From positions 51,956,001 to 52,020,000 of the forward strand of contig OX597823.1 in NCBI GenBank assembly GCA_951406725.2: a stretch of 64,000 bases of DNA, given 5' to 3'. Position 1 is the first letter of the stretch. Each line of letters starts with the position of its first letter. The DNA comes from Octopus vulgaris. Lineage: Eukaryota. Made by a program: the position numbers and the translations under genes. The notes below the pieces were generated by a model. That model made no database searches and was not told where the DNA came from. It was given only the letters and a program-made list of their open reading frames with translations. Positions 52,135 to 64,000 of the stretch are shown here, one piece after another.

Positions 52135-52612
52135 CATCATCATCATCATCATTTAACATCCATTTTCCATGCTAGCATGGGTTGGATAGTTCGACCGGGG
52201 TCTGGGAAGCCAGGAGGCTGCACCAGGCTCCAGTCTGTTCTGGCAGTGGTTCTACAGCTAGATGCATTACCTAATGTCAACCACTCCGTGAGTGTAGTGG
52301 GTGCTTTTTATTTGCCACCGGCACAGGTAGCACAACTACAATTTCCATTTGATTTTTTTATGCTGAGGTACTTGACTCAATAAGTCTCCTCTAGCACAGC
52401 AGGTTGCCCTACAATCTAAGGTAAGCACAGCAGGCCGTCCTGCGATCTAAGATACTTTGGATGGGCTGGGGCTTCTCTGTGAAGCTGGTGCAGCAAACAG
52501 CCATGAACTCACGTTATTTGTCAGGTCTTCACAGTCATAGTATATCACCAGAGATCTCGGTCTTTTGTCATTGCCTCTGTGAGGCCCAATGTTCGAAGGT
52601 CATGCTTGACCA
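52135..52612 (-). mobile_element. RTE-clade LINE 3' end including the ORF terminus
   Basis: VKHDLRTLGLTEAMTKDRDLW followed by the shared 3' UTR and (GAT)n tail. Confidence 0.85.
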
Positions 52613-52923
52613 CGAAAAAAAAGTAGCCCATCAAGTGATAGACAAATATTCAGTCAGTAATATGCTACTGGACCACAGATGTTGATTCTTCCTTCTACTA
52701 TACAACAATAGGATTTGCTGCTCTTAACTTCTTAATAGATTACCATCTCTGCCCTAGCCTACCTGATGTACTTTTTCACTATTTCTTTCATGCCACTTTT
52801 CTGCTACATGCTATCCCTCAGCTGGTAAACCCATCACAGAATTGCACCTCTTGAATTCCTTAACCCTCAAGAATTCCCATCAATCCTGTGTTATGTTAAC
52901 AGATGTTAACTGGACAAATTTAA

Positions 52924-53138
52924 CCCTTCAGCATCCAGACTTCTCTTATTTATTCTTATTGTTTGGAATTAATCACGTGTTATCTTGTAGATTTGCGATT
53001 TTGATGATGTAATTGTTTTTTTAAATTTATTTTTAGAATGACATTGCAGGATAGGTATGAGAGGCTGGAGCAGGCCACTTTGAATATGAAATGGGTAGAA
53101 TATTTGGGGTGGACATGGTCATTTTAAATGCTAAAGGG
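52924..53138. mobile_element. piggyBac-type MITE
   Basis: TTAA|CCCTTCAGCAT ... ATGCTAAAGGG|TTAC. Confidence 0.75.
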
Positions 53139-53499
53139 TTACAGCTTAACATCGACTACACCAATTCCACAAACCAGGGAAGGAATACAATGCTTTTAGA
53201 ACACTATTGTACCTTAGCAGCAAATCATTTTTTTTAAAATAAATTCCTTTTTTGATATTTTTTTCTGCTTGATGCTAATTTTTTTGTTTACTTTCACTTG
53301 CTCACCTCCTTCTACCGTGGTTATTCTCCTGCTACTCTCCCTCTTCTCAGCTCCTCCTAATTACTCCTTATTATAACTTCTTATTATCCCTCTCTCTCAC
53401 TCCTTCACTGTAATCTCTTCTATCACATTGCATCATATTTTCTTTACACCTCTACCCCCACCTCCCTCTTTCCTTTTCTTTCCCTCCTACCTCCTCTAA

Positions 53500-54540
53500 C
53501 CACTACTACTACTACTACTACTGATCATCTCACAACACTGATTCCTTATTATGCTTCATTGTTTTCTGTTGCAGTCACTGCTCCTACTAGTTTTCCTACT
53601 CACTGCCATTACACAGATAGTGTTAGTCCTCTCATTACAATTCTCCCTTTTAACTTATCTCACAAAGACTACCTCATCCAATCACCACCACCACCACCAT
53701 CACTACTGCCATCATCATCATCATCATCATCATCAAGATATAACAGTGATAACTACCACCACCATCACTATCTGAAAACTACCACCACCACCACCACCAC
53801 CACCACCACCATCATCACCACTGCCTACACCACACTCAACAATGCCACTATCAAGTTAAACGCTGCCTTCACCATGGCCACCACTAGTGCTAACGTCACC
53901 AACACCATTGTCATCACTACCATCACTTTAAACAACAGTACGACCACCACTACCATCATCATTACCATCAGCAGCAGCATAAACACCAAAGCTGCCATGA
54001 TTACAACCACACCACCAACAATGCCATCACTTCCACCACTACCACCATTACCACTGCCACCACCACTACTACTGCCGCCACTGTCACCAGCACCACCACA
54101 GCCAGCAACACCGCCTCCACTACCACCACCACCACCACTACCACCACTACCACCACTACCACTACCACCACTACCACCACTACCACTACCACTACTACCA
54201 CTACCACTACCGTTAACAAAAACATTAATGTCATAATAATTACCATGCAATTAGCAACAACCCCTGATAAAACTTACCACCACAAAATCACCATCATCAC
54301 CAGCAGCACCATCTTATAGAACTACCATGGCTACCCAACACAACAATGACCACCACTTCTGGCAACATCACCAACACTATGAATACAACCACAGACCAAT
54401 ACAACAAACATTACAGCTACCAACACCACCACCACTACAAGACTCTACATACCCAGTATCACCACAAGCACCAACGCCACCACCAACACCATCCCAACTA
54501 CCACCACCACCACCAGCGCCACCATCACTGCATCATTCGC
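53500..54540. repeat. Degenerate (CAC/CAT/CTA)n low-complexity tract
   Basis: Trinucleotide mosaic giving Pro/Thr/His- or Gly/Val-rich frames on both strands. Confidence 0.9.
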
Positions 54541-54857
54541 CTTCATTAATATAACAACATGTTACCATGCATTCCATTGTATCTCTTCATCTAAACACTT
54601 TTATTTCTTCCATTTATGTCCCCTGAACCAATCCACCAAGTTTGCATCATCTGAAATATTTCTTCTCTCATTTAATTTTTCATTGAAACCAAAATATGGA
54701 GTATAGCACAGTTCTCTCACTATCTCTCTCTTTCTCTCTCTGTCTCTCTCCCTCTCTCTCTCCCTCTATCTCCCCCTCTCTCTCTCTCTTCCTCTCACAC
54801 ACAAACACATACATTTTCTTTCAGTAATATCACTCACTGGATATATGAATGAATAAT

Positions 54858-54914
<57 letters not shown>

Positions 54915-54964
54915 CTCCATAAACCTTTATATATCGAGAAAATGGGTACACACATATATGTGTA

Positions 54965-54998
<34 letters not shown>

Positions 54999-55054
54999 TA
55001 TGTATATGTATATGTATGTATATGTATATATACGTGTACATATATGGATATATA

Positions 55055-55085
<31 letters not shown>

Positions 55086-55231
55086 GCATATATATGTGTA
55101 CATACATATATATATGTATGTATATATGTATGTATATGTATACGCATATGTATATATACCTGTACATTTTGGGATATATATATATGTGTGTGTATATATA
55201 TATATATATATATGCATATGTATATATGTGT

Positions 55232-55267
<36 letters not shown>

Positions 55268-55464
55268 GTATGTATGTATATAGACTGACAGACAGACATT
55301 AAATTAAATGCAACTGTCCATCCAAGCAGCCAGTCATCTTTATATCCCTCTAGCTTGCTTTATGAATCTATCAATCTGCTTATCTCTGTTTATCTTTCTG
55401 AATATATATACATGTGTGTGTGTGTGCGCACGCGTGGATGTGTGTGTATGTGTGTGAAGAATGT

Positions 55465-55705
55465 ATGAAGGCCTGCATCATAGTGGTTAGGCTGTTGCAG
55501 TCACAATTTCTAAATTGCTGGTTCAATTCCCAGACCTGACAGCTGATCGTGTTCTTGAACAAAATATTTCTTTGCATATTACTCCACTCCCCTTATCAAT
55601 CGAGGGGTAATATCGGCCTGCTCATCTAGCCAATGGGGGTGGCATCAATTAATGGCTAAAATGATGTAAAGCACATTATAATCAGTGATGTGTAACATCT
55701 AATAT
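55465..55705 (+). mobile_element. Old tRNA-derived SINE (D-like)
   Basis: TAGTGGTTAGG..GGTTCAATTCCCAGAC..GTTCTTGAACAA. Confidence 0.65.
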
Positions 55706-55768
55706 GATATGTGTGTGTGTTTTTGTGCCTATGTATATGTATACATATATTTATAGATATGTGTGTGC

Positions 55769-55847
<79 letters not shown>

Positions 55848-56004
55848 TGTGCTTGTGTGTGTATGTATATATGCATGCATACACAGATATATGTATGTTT
55901 GTGTGTGTGTATATATATATATACATTCAAAATGTGACTGCATGTGCACCGTTAGCAATTTTTTTTCCTCCGTCTTCCCTTCTCTGGATCTTTCCTTTTC
56001 CTAT

Positions 56005-56039
56005 GTTTCTGACGAAGAGCTCCGCTCAAAACGTAAAAC
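56005..56039 (+). ncRNA. Minimal hammerhead (H2), one core substitution; in element 55930-56142
   Basis: GUUU CUGACGA A GAGC UCC GCUC AAAA CG UA AAAC (GAAA changed to AAAA). Confidence 0.7.
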
Positions 56040-56189
56040 TCTCCTTCTTCCCTTCCTTCCCGAGTGTCCAATAATACTATATTTGTTCCACATCCTCGCG
56101 TTGTTGTGTTTTCTCTTTGTGCTTTCAGGTTTGGATTAACTTTATATATATAAACTTTATATATATATAAACTTTATATATAGCAAAAA

Positions 56190-56227
56190 CTGTCTGATGA
56201 ACGGCAACGAGAAACTCAGAGTAACAG
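56190..56227 (+). ncRNA. Minimal type I hammerhead, intact core
   Basis: CUGU CUGAUGA ACG GCAA CGA GAAA CUC A GAG UA ACAG: GNRA loop on helix II, A.A at its base, GUA site at 56223. Confidence 0.75.
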
Positions 56228-56331
56228 ATTTTGTTGAATTTTCTGCTGCTTAAAATAAAGCATATTACTCTACCACTGGTATTTGAGTACTCTTTTTTCC
56301 ACCTTGTTTCACATTTATGTGTTTACTCCGG

Positions 56332-56369
<38 letters not shown>

Positions 56370-56582
56370 TGAGTGGGTGCTGAAAAGTTCCTGGATTTGG
56401 GTAAAAGAAATACAGGAGGATCAGTTAATTGTGATTTTATTCAACATATTCTCCTCTCAGATTCACACATTGCAGTAATCCTTCAGTTTTTCCTAAGCCC
56501 TGTAAAAAAACTCAGAAGTTTGGGCCTCCTTGCAGGCATTTTGCAGTACCTCTAAAGCCAGGAACTTTTGAACACCCCCTTA
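56370..56582. mobile_element. mariner-type MITE
   Basis: GGGTGCTGAAAAGTTCCTGG ... CCAGGAACTTTTGAACACCC TIRs. Confidence 0.8.
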
Positions 56583-56589
56583 TGTATAT

Positions 56590-56828
56590 ATCATCATCAT
56601 CATCAATGTCCGCTTTCCATGCTGGCATGGGTTGGACGCTTCACTGAGGACTGGCGAGCCAGATGGCTGCACCAAGCTCCAATCTGATCTGGCAGAGTTT
56701 CTACAGCTGGATGCCCTTCCTAATGTCAACAACTCTGAGAGTGTAGTGGGTGCTTTTATGCACCACCGGCATGAGGGCCAGTCAGGCGGTACTGGCAATG
56801 GCCACACTCAAATGGTGTTTTTTATGTG
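56590..56828 (-). mobile_element. RTE-like 3' end
   Basis: (CAT)n..GTCCGCTTTCCATGCTGGCATGGG..GGATGCCCTTCCTAA. Confidence 0.88.
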
Positions 56829-57045
56829 CCTATATATGTATATATATATATATATAAAATTAGAAAAAAAACACCTTTTATCAATTCAAAATAAACAATT
56901 AAATTACACCATCTAGAAAATTACATATAATAGAAATATTAAAATTAAAATAACAATAAAATACCAATGATTAAGTAAATTGCAAAAAAATAATAAAAAC
57001 GTATATAATTGGTAATATACATAGATACACACACATATGTATATA

Positions 57046-57115
<70 letters not shown>

Positions 57116-57589
57116 AATAAATGTGTGTGCACACACACACACATTGAAAATGGCTACATATTACAAAAAAAAAAAATTAATAGGATAAATAGGCAGTTAG
57201 ATTGCATGTATGTGAGTGCAGATATTTTTCTTTCAGAATTCCTTTTGCCATCAATTTTTCTATTTGTTTGGCTATACCCTTTCATCTATTTTCTTTCTAA
57301 AGCCATCCATCTTTCTATCAATATTTACCTGCATATATTTCTCTAAATATCAATCTTTCCATCTATCTGTCTATCATTCCCTTTATAATCATTTGCAGAT
57401 TGGAAGGAAGAATATGTGCATTATACTATAGTTCTATCATTTTCACATGAATTAATCATTGTGACACCTGCTGAAAAATAAATATTCTTGGTATAAGCAA
57501 ATATTGTTGCATACAGGTAATGAAATGATATACAAATACTGCTGAAATTATCCACAAAATTTATTCATCTAATGATAAATCTATCTATC

Positions 57590-57735
<146 letters not shown>

Positions 57736-57843
57736 TCTATCTATATATATTGAATTATTCCCTGTAAGTTTGGAGTTATACTCTCTATTGTTATTATTAT
57801 TATTATTATTATTATAATTATTATTATTATTATCATCATCATC

Positions 57844-57909
<66 letters not shown>

Positions 57910-57913
<4 letters not shown>

Positions 57914-58115
57914 TTTCTACTAAAGGCATGAAGCTTGAAATTCCGGGAGAATGTAGGGCTAGTCATTACACTGACTCCAGTGTTTCACTGGCACTTAATT
58001 TATCAAACCGCAAAGGATGAAAGGCCAAGTCAACCATGGCAGAATTTGAACTTAGAATGTAAAGATGGACGAAATGCTGTGCTAAGTATTTTGCCCACTG
58101 TACCAGTTGGTTGTC
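57910..58115 (-). mobile_element. SINE family C
   Basis: AAGGATGAAAGGCCAAGTCAACC..AGAATTTGAACT. Confidence 0.78.
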
Positions 58116-58157
58116 TTAATAACAACAACAACTACAGTAATAATAATAATAATAATA

Positions 58158-58238
58158 ATCATCATTTAACGACCGTTTTCCATGCTAGCATGGGTTGGAC
58201 AGTTCGAGCAGGGTCTGAGAAGCCAGGAGACTGCACCA
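58158..58238 (-). mobile_element. Short RTE-like 3' end
   Basis: CCGTTTTCCATGCTAGCATGGGTTGGAC. Confidence 0.75.
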
Positions 58239-58665
58239 ATAATAATAATGATAATAATAATATACTGAAATATGAAGATAGAAATATAACTAAATGTTTA
58301 AATATTCTGGAGTTAAAGTAAAGTATGTTATTAATAAATGATTTTGTACCACTTGTTCATTTTCTGTAAATACACATTAAGGTTTAAGTTTCAAAGATTA
58401 CATTTTCATAGGGATTTATAAGACATATTCAATTCTTAGTATTATGATATCATACATATATTTTGTTATTTCATTATAGAATTCTGAGGGTAATTTCTAA
58501 ATCAAATATTCATGCAAACAATCTTTATATTTTTCCTAACACACAAAATAAAAAAAATAATAAACATTGATAATATATTTTTAATAAGATATATTATAAG
58601 ATATATCAAGAACTTTTGTAGAAAACTAATCAAATAATTCAAAGTCATATATACATACATACATG

Positions 58666-58740
<75 letters not shown>

Positions 58741-58769
58741 ATATATATATTTGTATGTATACCTATGTA

Positions 58770-58816
<47 letters not shown>

Positions 58817-59049
58817 GCATATATATACATATACATACACTATGCTGTAAAATAAGTTTTCTCATTTATAAATCAAGCTTCCTATGCTATGAGAAACTAT
58901 ATTTGGTTTAGATTACAATACATAAATTTCTGCACAAAAGGCGTATTTCGTTACATTATTTATTATTAAAACATGCAATATGTTGGATGAGAAGCTTTCC
59001 ACATATACATAAATATTGTAAAACATTTGAAAGATGAAATTATCTTCAG

Positions 59050-59310
59050 GAGTTGCAGTAGTAGCTGTGTGGAAAGTAGCTTGCTTACCAAACACATGGT
59101 TCCGGATTCAGTCCCACTGTGTCACAACTTGGGCAAGTGTCTTCTATAGCCTCAGCCCAACCAAAGCCTTGTGAGTGGATTTGGTAGATGGAAACTGAAA
59201 AAAGCCCATTGCATGTATATATATATGTATATATATATATATGTATGTATGTATGCTCCAGCATGGCCACAGCTCGTGAGCTGAAACTAGATAAAATAAA
59301 AATGAATAAA
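59050..59310 (+). mobile_element. SINE A head followed by a CR1-group LINE tail
   Basis: Head 59050-59212; tail CCAGCATGGCCACAGCTCGTGAGCTGAAACTAGATAAAATAAAA matches the LINE end at 42505-42560. Confidence 0.8.
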
Positions 59311-59524
59311 AATTAAATATATATATGTACATATGTATGAATGTATGTATGTATGTATGTATGTATGTATGTATGTATGTATGTATGTATGTATATATAG
59401 TTAAATAGTTATATATCTGTATGTGTGTGACTTAACCCCTTGCCCAAAATTACTGGCCTTGGGTCAAAATTTGAAACCAATAAATATGTGTGTGTATGTT
59501 TATTTATGTATATATATATGTATG

Positions 59525-59585
<61 letters not shown>

Positions 59586-59715
59586 ATATTTATATATAAT
59601 TTTAAATTTAAAATGAGGGTGAGAAATTAGATACTAATTTAATTGACATCGATTTCACACCAGTGGTCTAGCATAAAAAAACTGAAGATTCAGCACGTAA
59701 GTTACGTAAGTAAGA

Positions 59716-60066
59716 TTGGCTGTGTGGTAAGAAGTTTGCTTCCCAACCACATGGTTCCAGGTTCAGTCCTACTCTATAACACCTTTAGCAAGTGTCTTCT
59801 ATAATAGCCTTGGGCCAACCAAAGCCTTGTGAGTGAATTTGGAAGATGGAAACTGAAAGAAATCCTCTTGAATGCATGAGTGTCTTTGTGCTGATTTTTG
59901 TCCACCATCACCACTTGACAACAGGTGTTGGTGTATTTACATCTCCATGACTTTGGCAAAAGAGACAGGCTTAGAAAGAAAACGGACTGGGTTAATTAGT
60001 CTGACGGGGTGTACACAAGATAGTGCTCCAGCATGGCTTAAGTATAATGACTAAAACAAATAAAAA
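59716..60066 (+). mobile_element. SINE family A
   Basis: Head and tail motifs present. Confidence 0.85.
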
Positions 60067-60076
60067 CATAATATAT

Positions 60077-60115
<39 letters not shown>

Positions 60116-60159
60116 CATAGTTGAAAAAAGGTTAGAGAGCTGTACAAATCAAATTTTTA

Positions 60160-60470
60160 TATATAAAAGATTCAAGTGGAAATAGCACAGAAGTAACTCT
60201 CAGACATTTCAATTTAAGAGAGAATTTAATAAAAAAAATTATATAAAGAAAATAATACCAGTTTCAATGTATCACATCTTATCAAATAACAGTAAAAATT
60301 TATAAAAATTTAAAGTAAAAACTGTTTATCTTCTGTCTGGGGTTCAAGAAGATGAAATGCATCAAAACTGGCAATATTTCCTTTATATAATTTTTTATTA
60401 AATTCCTTCTTGCATTGAAAAGTTTTAAACTTACTTCTGTGCTATTTCCACCTCCATTTTTTAATATATA
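60160..60470. repeat. Diverged fold-back of hammerhead-bearing termini
   Basis: GTGGAAATAGCACAGAAGTAA at 60176 versus TTACTTCTGTGCTATTTCCAC at 60431; arms ~110 bp. Confidence 0.85.
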
Positions 60471-60543
60471 TATTATAAGTGTGTATGTATACATATGTAT
60501 GCACAAACATACATATATATATATATATGTATATATATACACA

Positions 60544-60583
<40 letters not shown>

Positions 60584-60602
60584 CATATATGTACACACAC
60601 AC

Positions 60603-60643
<41 letters not shown>

Positions 60644-60738
60644 CATATGTGTGTGCGAGTGTATATTTCGATGGGTGTGTATGTGTATGTATAATACATA
60701 TATGTGTACGTATAACACATATATATATTATACGTATA

Positions 60739-60784
<46 letters not shown>

Positions 60785-60840
60785 TACATACATACATACA
60801 TACATATGTATGCACATAACTATATATATATAGATACATA

Positions 60841-61270
60841 TACAAGGTGCATTCAAAAAGCATCCAACTTTATTTTTTCTCACCAAAACTAATGCTGCAT
60901 GCTGAAATTCCTTTGGGTGGAAGGTGGCGCCACCTCCCCTGCACATGAGTGAAAATTTTCGCACCTGTAAGCTGCATCAGTTTAAAGTTGTTATACTTAG
61001 ATTAGACATGGATAGTGCACACTTGTTAGATTTTCATTTTGATTGAACTCATCAAGCAGAGATATTGTATCAAGTTTTGCAAGAAGCTCAGTGATATCCA
61101 GCCTCAAAACATCCAGTAGATTCAGGAGGCTTTTGGCAATGATGCCATGGGCAAAACTCAGATCAAGGAGTGGTACAACTGCTTCATACATGGCTGACCC
61201 CAGTGGAGAGTGAGGCATGCTCAAGCAGTCAATCCACAACCCGAAACAAGGAGGTGATTGAGGTTTGGTG
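60841..61270 (+). mobile_element. mariner 5' end
   Basis: TACAAGGTGCATTCAAAAAG TIR; KQRYCIKFCKKL..IQEAFGNDAMGKTQIKEWYNCF. Confidence 0.88.
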
Positions 61271-62011
61271 TATACTCACATATATATGTATATATTTATA
61301 TGTGTGTATATGTGTGACTATATATATATATATATATAAGTTCAGCAAAATTTAGATTCAAATGAATATGGTACTTAAGTCAGATGCACCAGAATTTTGT
61401 ACAGTATTATCCATATAAATCCATGGGGTGATTATAATCAAAGTAAGCAACAAGAATATCTTGTTGCTTACTTTGATTATATATATACACATACATATAT
61501 GTATATATATACATATATGTGTGTGTGTGTGTATGTATGTATTTGTGTATTTATATACTTGTATTTATATATATATATGTATACATATGCTAGGCCTAAC
61601 TCATTGTAAAGCAAATACCACCATGAGTGATATCCAGACTACAGTGGAGAAAGCAAGCCACTGGATTTGGTAAAAAAAAGAGACGATGAGCAATGGTTTG
61701 AAGAATATTGAGCAAAGCTTAATAACCAGTTGAAATAATTGGCAGAGCCTCATTTCAGTGAGGGAGGCCGATGCACAATGAGGCCATTGAGAGGAAGGCC
61801 CCAAAATGGTGTACATTCTCTGCTGATGATTCCATTAACTTGTTATCATCTGTTAGTTTTCAAAATATCTAGAAAAATCTATATATGTGTATAAATATAC
61901 ATATATATATATAGAGAGAGAGGTTATGAGAGGTAATGGTGTCAGTGAAACCCAAATGCTGAGTAAGTACTACGGATAGACCATAGTTAAGTTCTAGGTT
62001 TGTTGATTATG

Positions 62012-62330
62012 TGTTATTTGACTTTAGCCATGCGGGAGCACTGCCTTTAGCCAAACAAATTGACCCCAGGACTTTTCTTTGCAAGCTGCTATGTATTTTA
62101 TCAGTATCTTTCACCGAACCACTACGTTTTGGAGACATAAACACACCAACAACAGTTGTCAAGCAACGGTGGGGTGACAAACACAGACACACAAATATTA
62201 TAATGGGCTTCACAAAGCTTTGTTCAACCCGAGACTATAGTAGAAGACACTTGCTCAAGGTGCCACACAGTGGGACTGAACTCGGAACCATGTGGCTGGG
62301 AAGCAAGCTTCTTACCACCCAGCCACTCCA
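62012..62330 (-). mobile_element. SINE family A
   Basis: Head and tail with a central deletion. Confidence 0.85.
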
Positions 62331-62500
62331 TATATAAACACTACCATATGTGGATATATATTAATAAATATATACATATTTACACATAAATGTGTGTGTG
62401 CATATGTGTACGTATATATATATAATCAAGGAAACTACAAGGAATCTTGTGTAGTGCTGCATTGGCAAGATTTGAAAAAGTACAGGTAAAATTTAAAGGA

Positions 62501-62748
62501 GTACAGTGAGCTTGCTGTGAGGAGTAGAATAGCCAATGTTTTAGATGTAATCCTTCATCGGGGAGTAGAGAAAAAGTGAAGTTGAAGAATGACAGAGTTC
62601 TACATCTCAGTCATTAGTTGCAGCCAGATTTTCAAGCCGAGATGTAAAACTGTTCATCTTTCTTTAACTTATCTTTTTCTCTACTCTCTGATGAAGGATT
62701 ACATCCAAAACATTGGCTATTCTATTCCTCAGAGCAAGTTCACTGTAC
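62501..62748. repeat. Fold-back of hammerhead-bearing termini
   Basis: Arms 62501-62610 and 62638-62748; CTGATGAAGGATTACATCCAAAACATT on + and its counterpart on -. Confidence 0.88.
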
Positions 62749-63379
62749 CCATTTCACAATATATATATATATATACTACATGTACAGGGAACTCTGTCTA
62801 TGGGTGTGTTTGTTTGCGGAGTTGTTAGCTAACTCTGCCTACATTGTTTTATCAATTTTGATGACACTTGATACGTGAGTAGAAATCATGTCTGGAAACC
62901 TCATGGCATACTCAGATTGTTGAAAAATCGATAATAGGGCCCCTGGAAGGGATCTTTATGCATAACTAATATATTTTAACACCCAAGGGAAATAACCCAT
63001 TCAGTTTCCTATATTATTTGCTATAAATCAAATTGAGTATGATTATTTCTTAGTATTTGAACTGTTAGAGTTATTTTCGCAATTTATCCTGTACAACCCT
63101 TAAACAAGTAAATAGTATTTTCCTAAATAATAGATCCACTTATTTTAGTTGGTGACTTATTCCCAAATGTACCATGAATGATGATAGCTTTCATGTCACT
63201 TCAGCCAATTCACAAGTGCTGCATGAAAACTGTTCTGCTTTTAGACAAATGTACTGTCAACACAAAGGTCACAACCTGTTTACATGTAGGAACACCTTAA
63301 AATCTATCTTCCTGTACATCTTGAAAATGGCCAGTGTGTATATTTCACAGAAGGCAATGCTCAAAATGTAGTTCTGAAT

Positions 63380-64000
63380 CCATAAAAACCCACTTTGACA
63401 GCTTTCTTCAAATCATGCTAATGTGATGTGTTTGCCCTAATACTGCTGTATGTAGAGGTCTCCGTGTGCTATACCTGGGCACACAATAGATGGAACACAC
63501 ACAAGCAAGGAACAGGCTTTGAGGGCTGGGAAGAAGATGCTGTCTTCTGGAGAGGGGCCATCAGGCAGGTGTACACTGTGCACCCTAATCAGCAGGAGTG
63601 CTTCTTTCTGCACCTATTGCTATACACTGTCACAGGTCCTACATCACTCACAGACTTTCAAAAACACAATGGGAAGTCTGCACGACCAATAGAGAAGCCT
63701 GCGCCAAACATGGTCTACTGGAGGACGATGCTCACTGGGACCAGACACTGGAGGAAGCAGCAGTCAGTGCAGCATTAAGTCAACTGTGCCAGCTATTTTC
63801 TATCATGTTGATGACATGTGGTTTTCATGAACCTCACAAGCTCATGAAACCAGCATACTAGAGGACATCTAGAAAGGATTCAAACAAAAACCTCAACGGA
63901 AATTACCACGTTCAATAATGCATTTTACAATGAGGCATTACTTGACCTGGACACCCGAGTGCAAGTTATAGGAGGTCAAGGCAATTCCACATTTGGTTAT
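63380..64000 (+). mobile_element. Helitron Rep/helicase pseudogene fragment (probable 5' end near 62790)
   Basis: LLYVEV..YTW..QVYTVHPNQQECFFLHLLLYTVTGPTSLTD / REACAKHGLLEDDAHWDQTLEEA..QLCQLFSIMLMTC; frameshifted; runs off the window. Confidence 0.9.

Noticed and set aside
53551-54554. Pro/Thr-rich 225-aa and Gly/Ser-rich ORFs resembling mucin or formin
   Set aside because: Low-complexity trinucleotide tract open in several frames on both strands; no splice or domain support

Overview
AT-rich, microsatellite-saturated eukaryotic DNA. The repeat families look like those of an octopus (coleoid cephalopod) genome; this taxon call is inferred from repeat content. The window is probably intronic or intergenic. 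No intact protein-coding gene is visible, and nearly all ORFs in the track are microsatellite or transposon artefacts. Contents: three or four tRNA-derived SINE families; 5'-truncated LINEs (RTE-like, CR1/jockey-group, R4/Dong-like with a restriction-like endonuclease); Penelope-like element (PLE) remnants with RT and GIY-YIG sequence; mariner and DD37D (maT) fossils; piggyBac-type and mariner-type MITEs; and a Helitron fragment at the right edge. Two weak minus-strand exon candidates lie at 49839-49930 and 12131-12290. The most notable signal is about 16 minimal type-I hammerhead-ribozyme motifs from at least 8 short non-coding families. They sit mostly in (TA)n tracts and are arranged as tandem units, a 560-nt monomer with terminal redundancy, or fold-back inverted pairs. 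Two have essentially intact cores (30927-30969, 56190-56227), one family carries a shared A6-to-U core change, and one has a 117-nt helix II. All calls are by eye; repeat boundaries are approximate.
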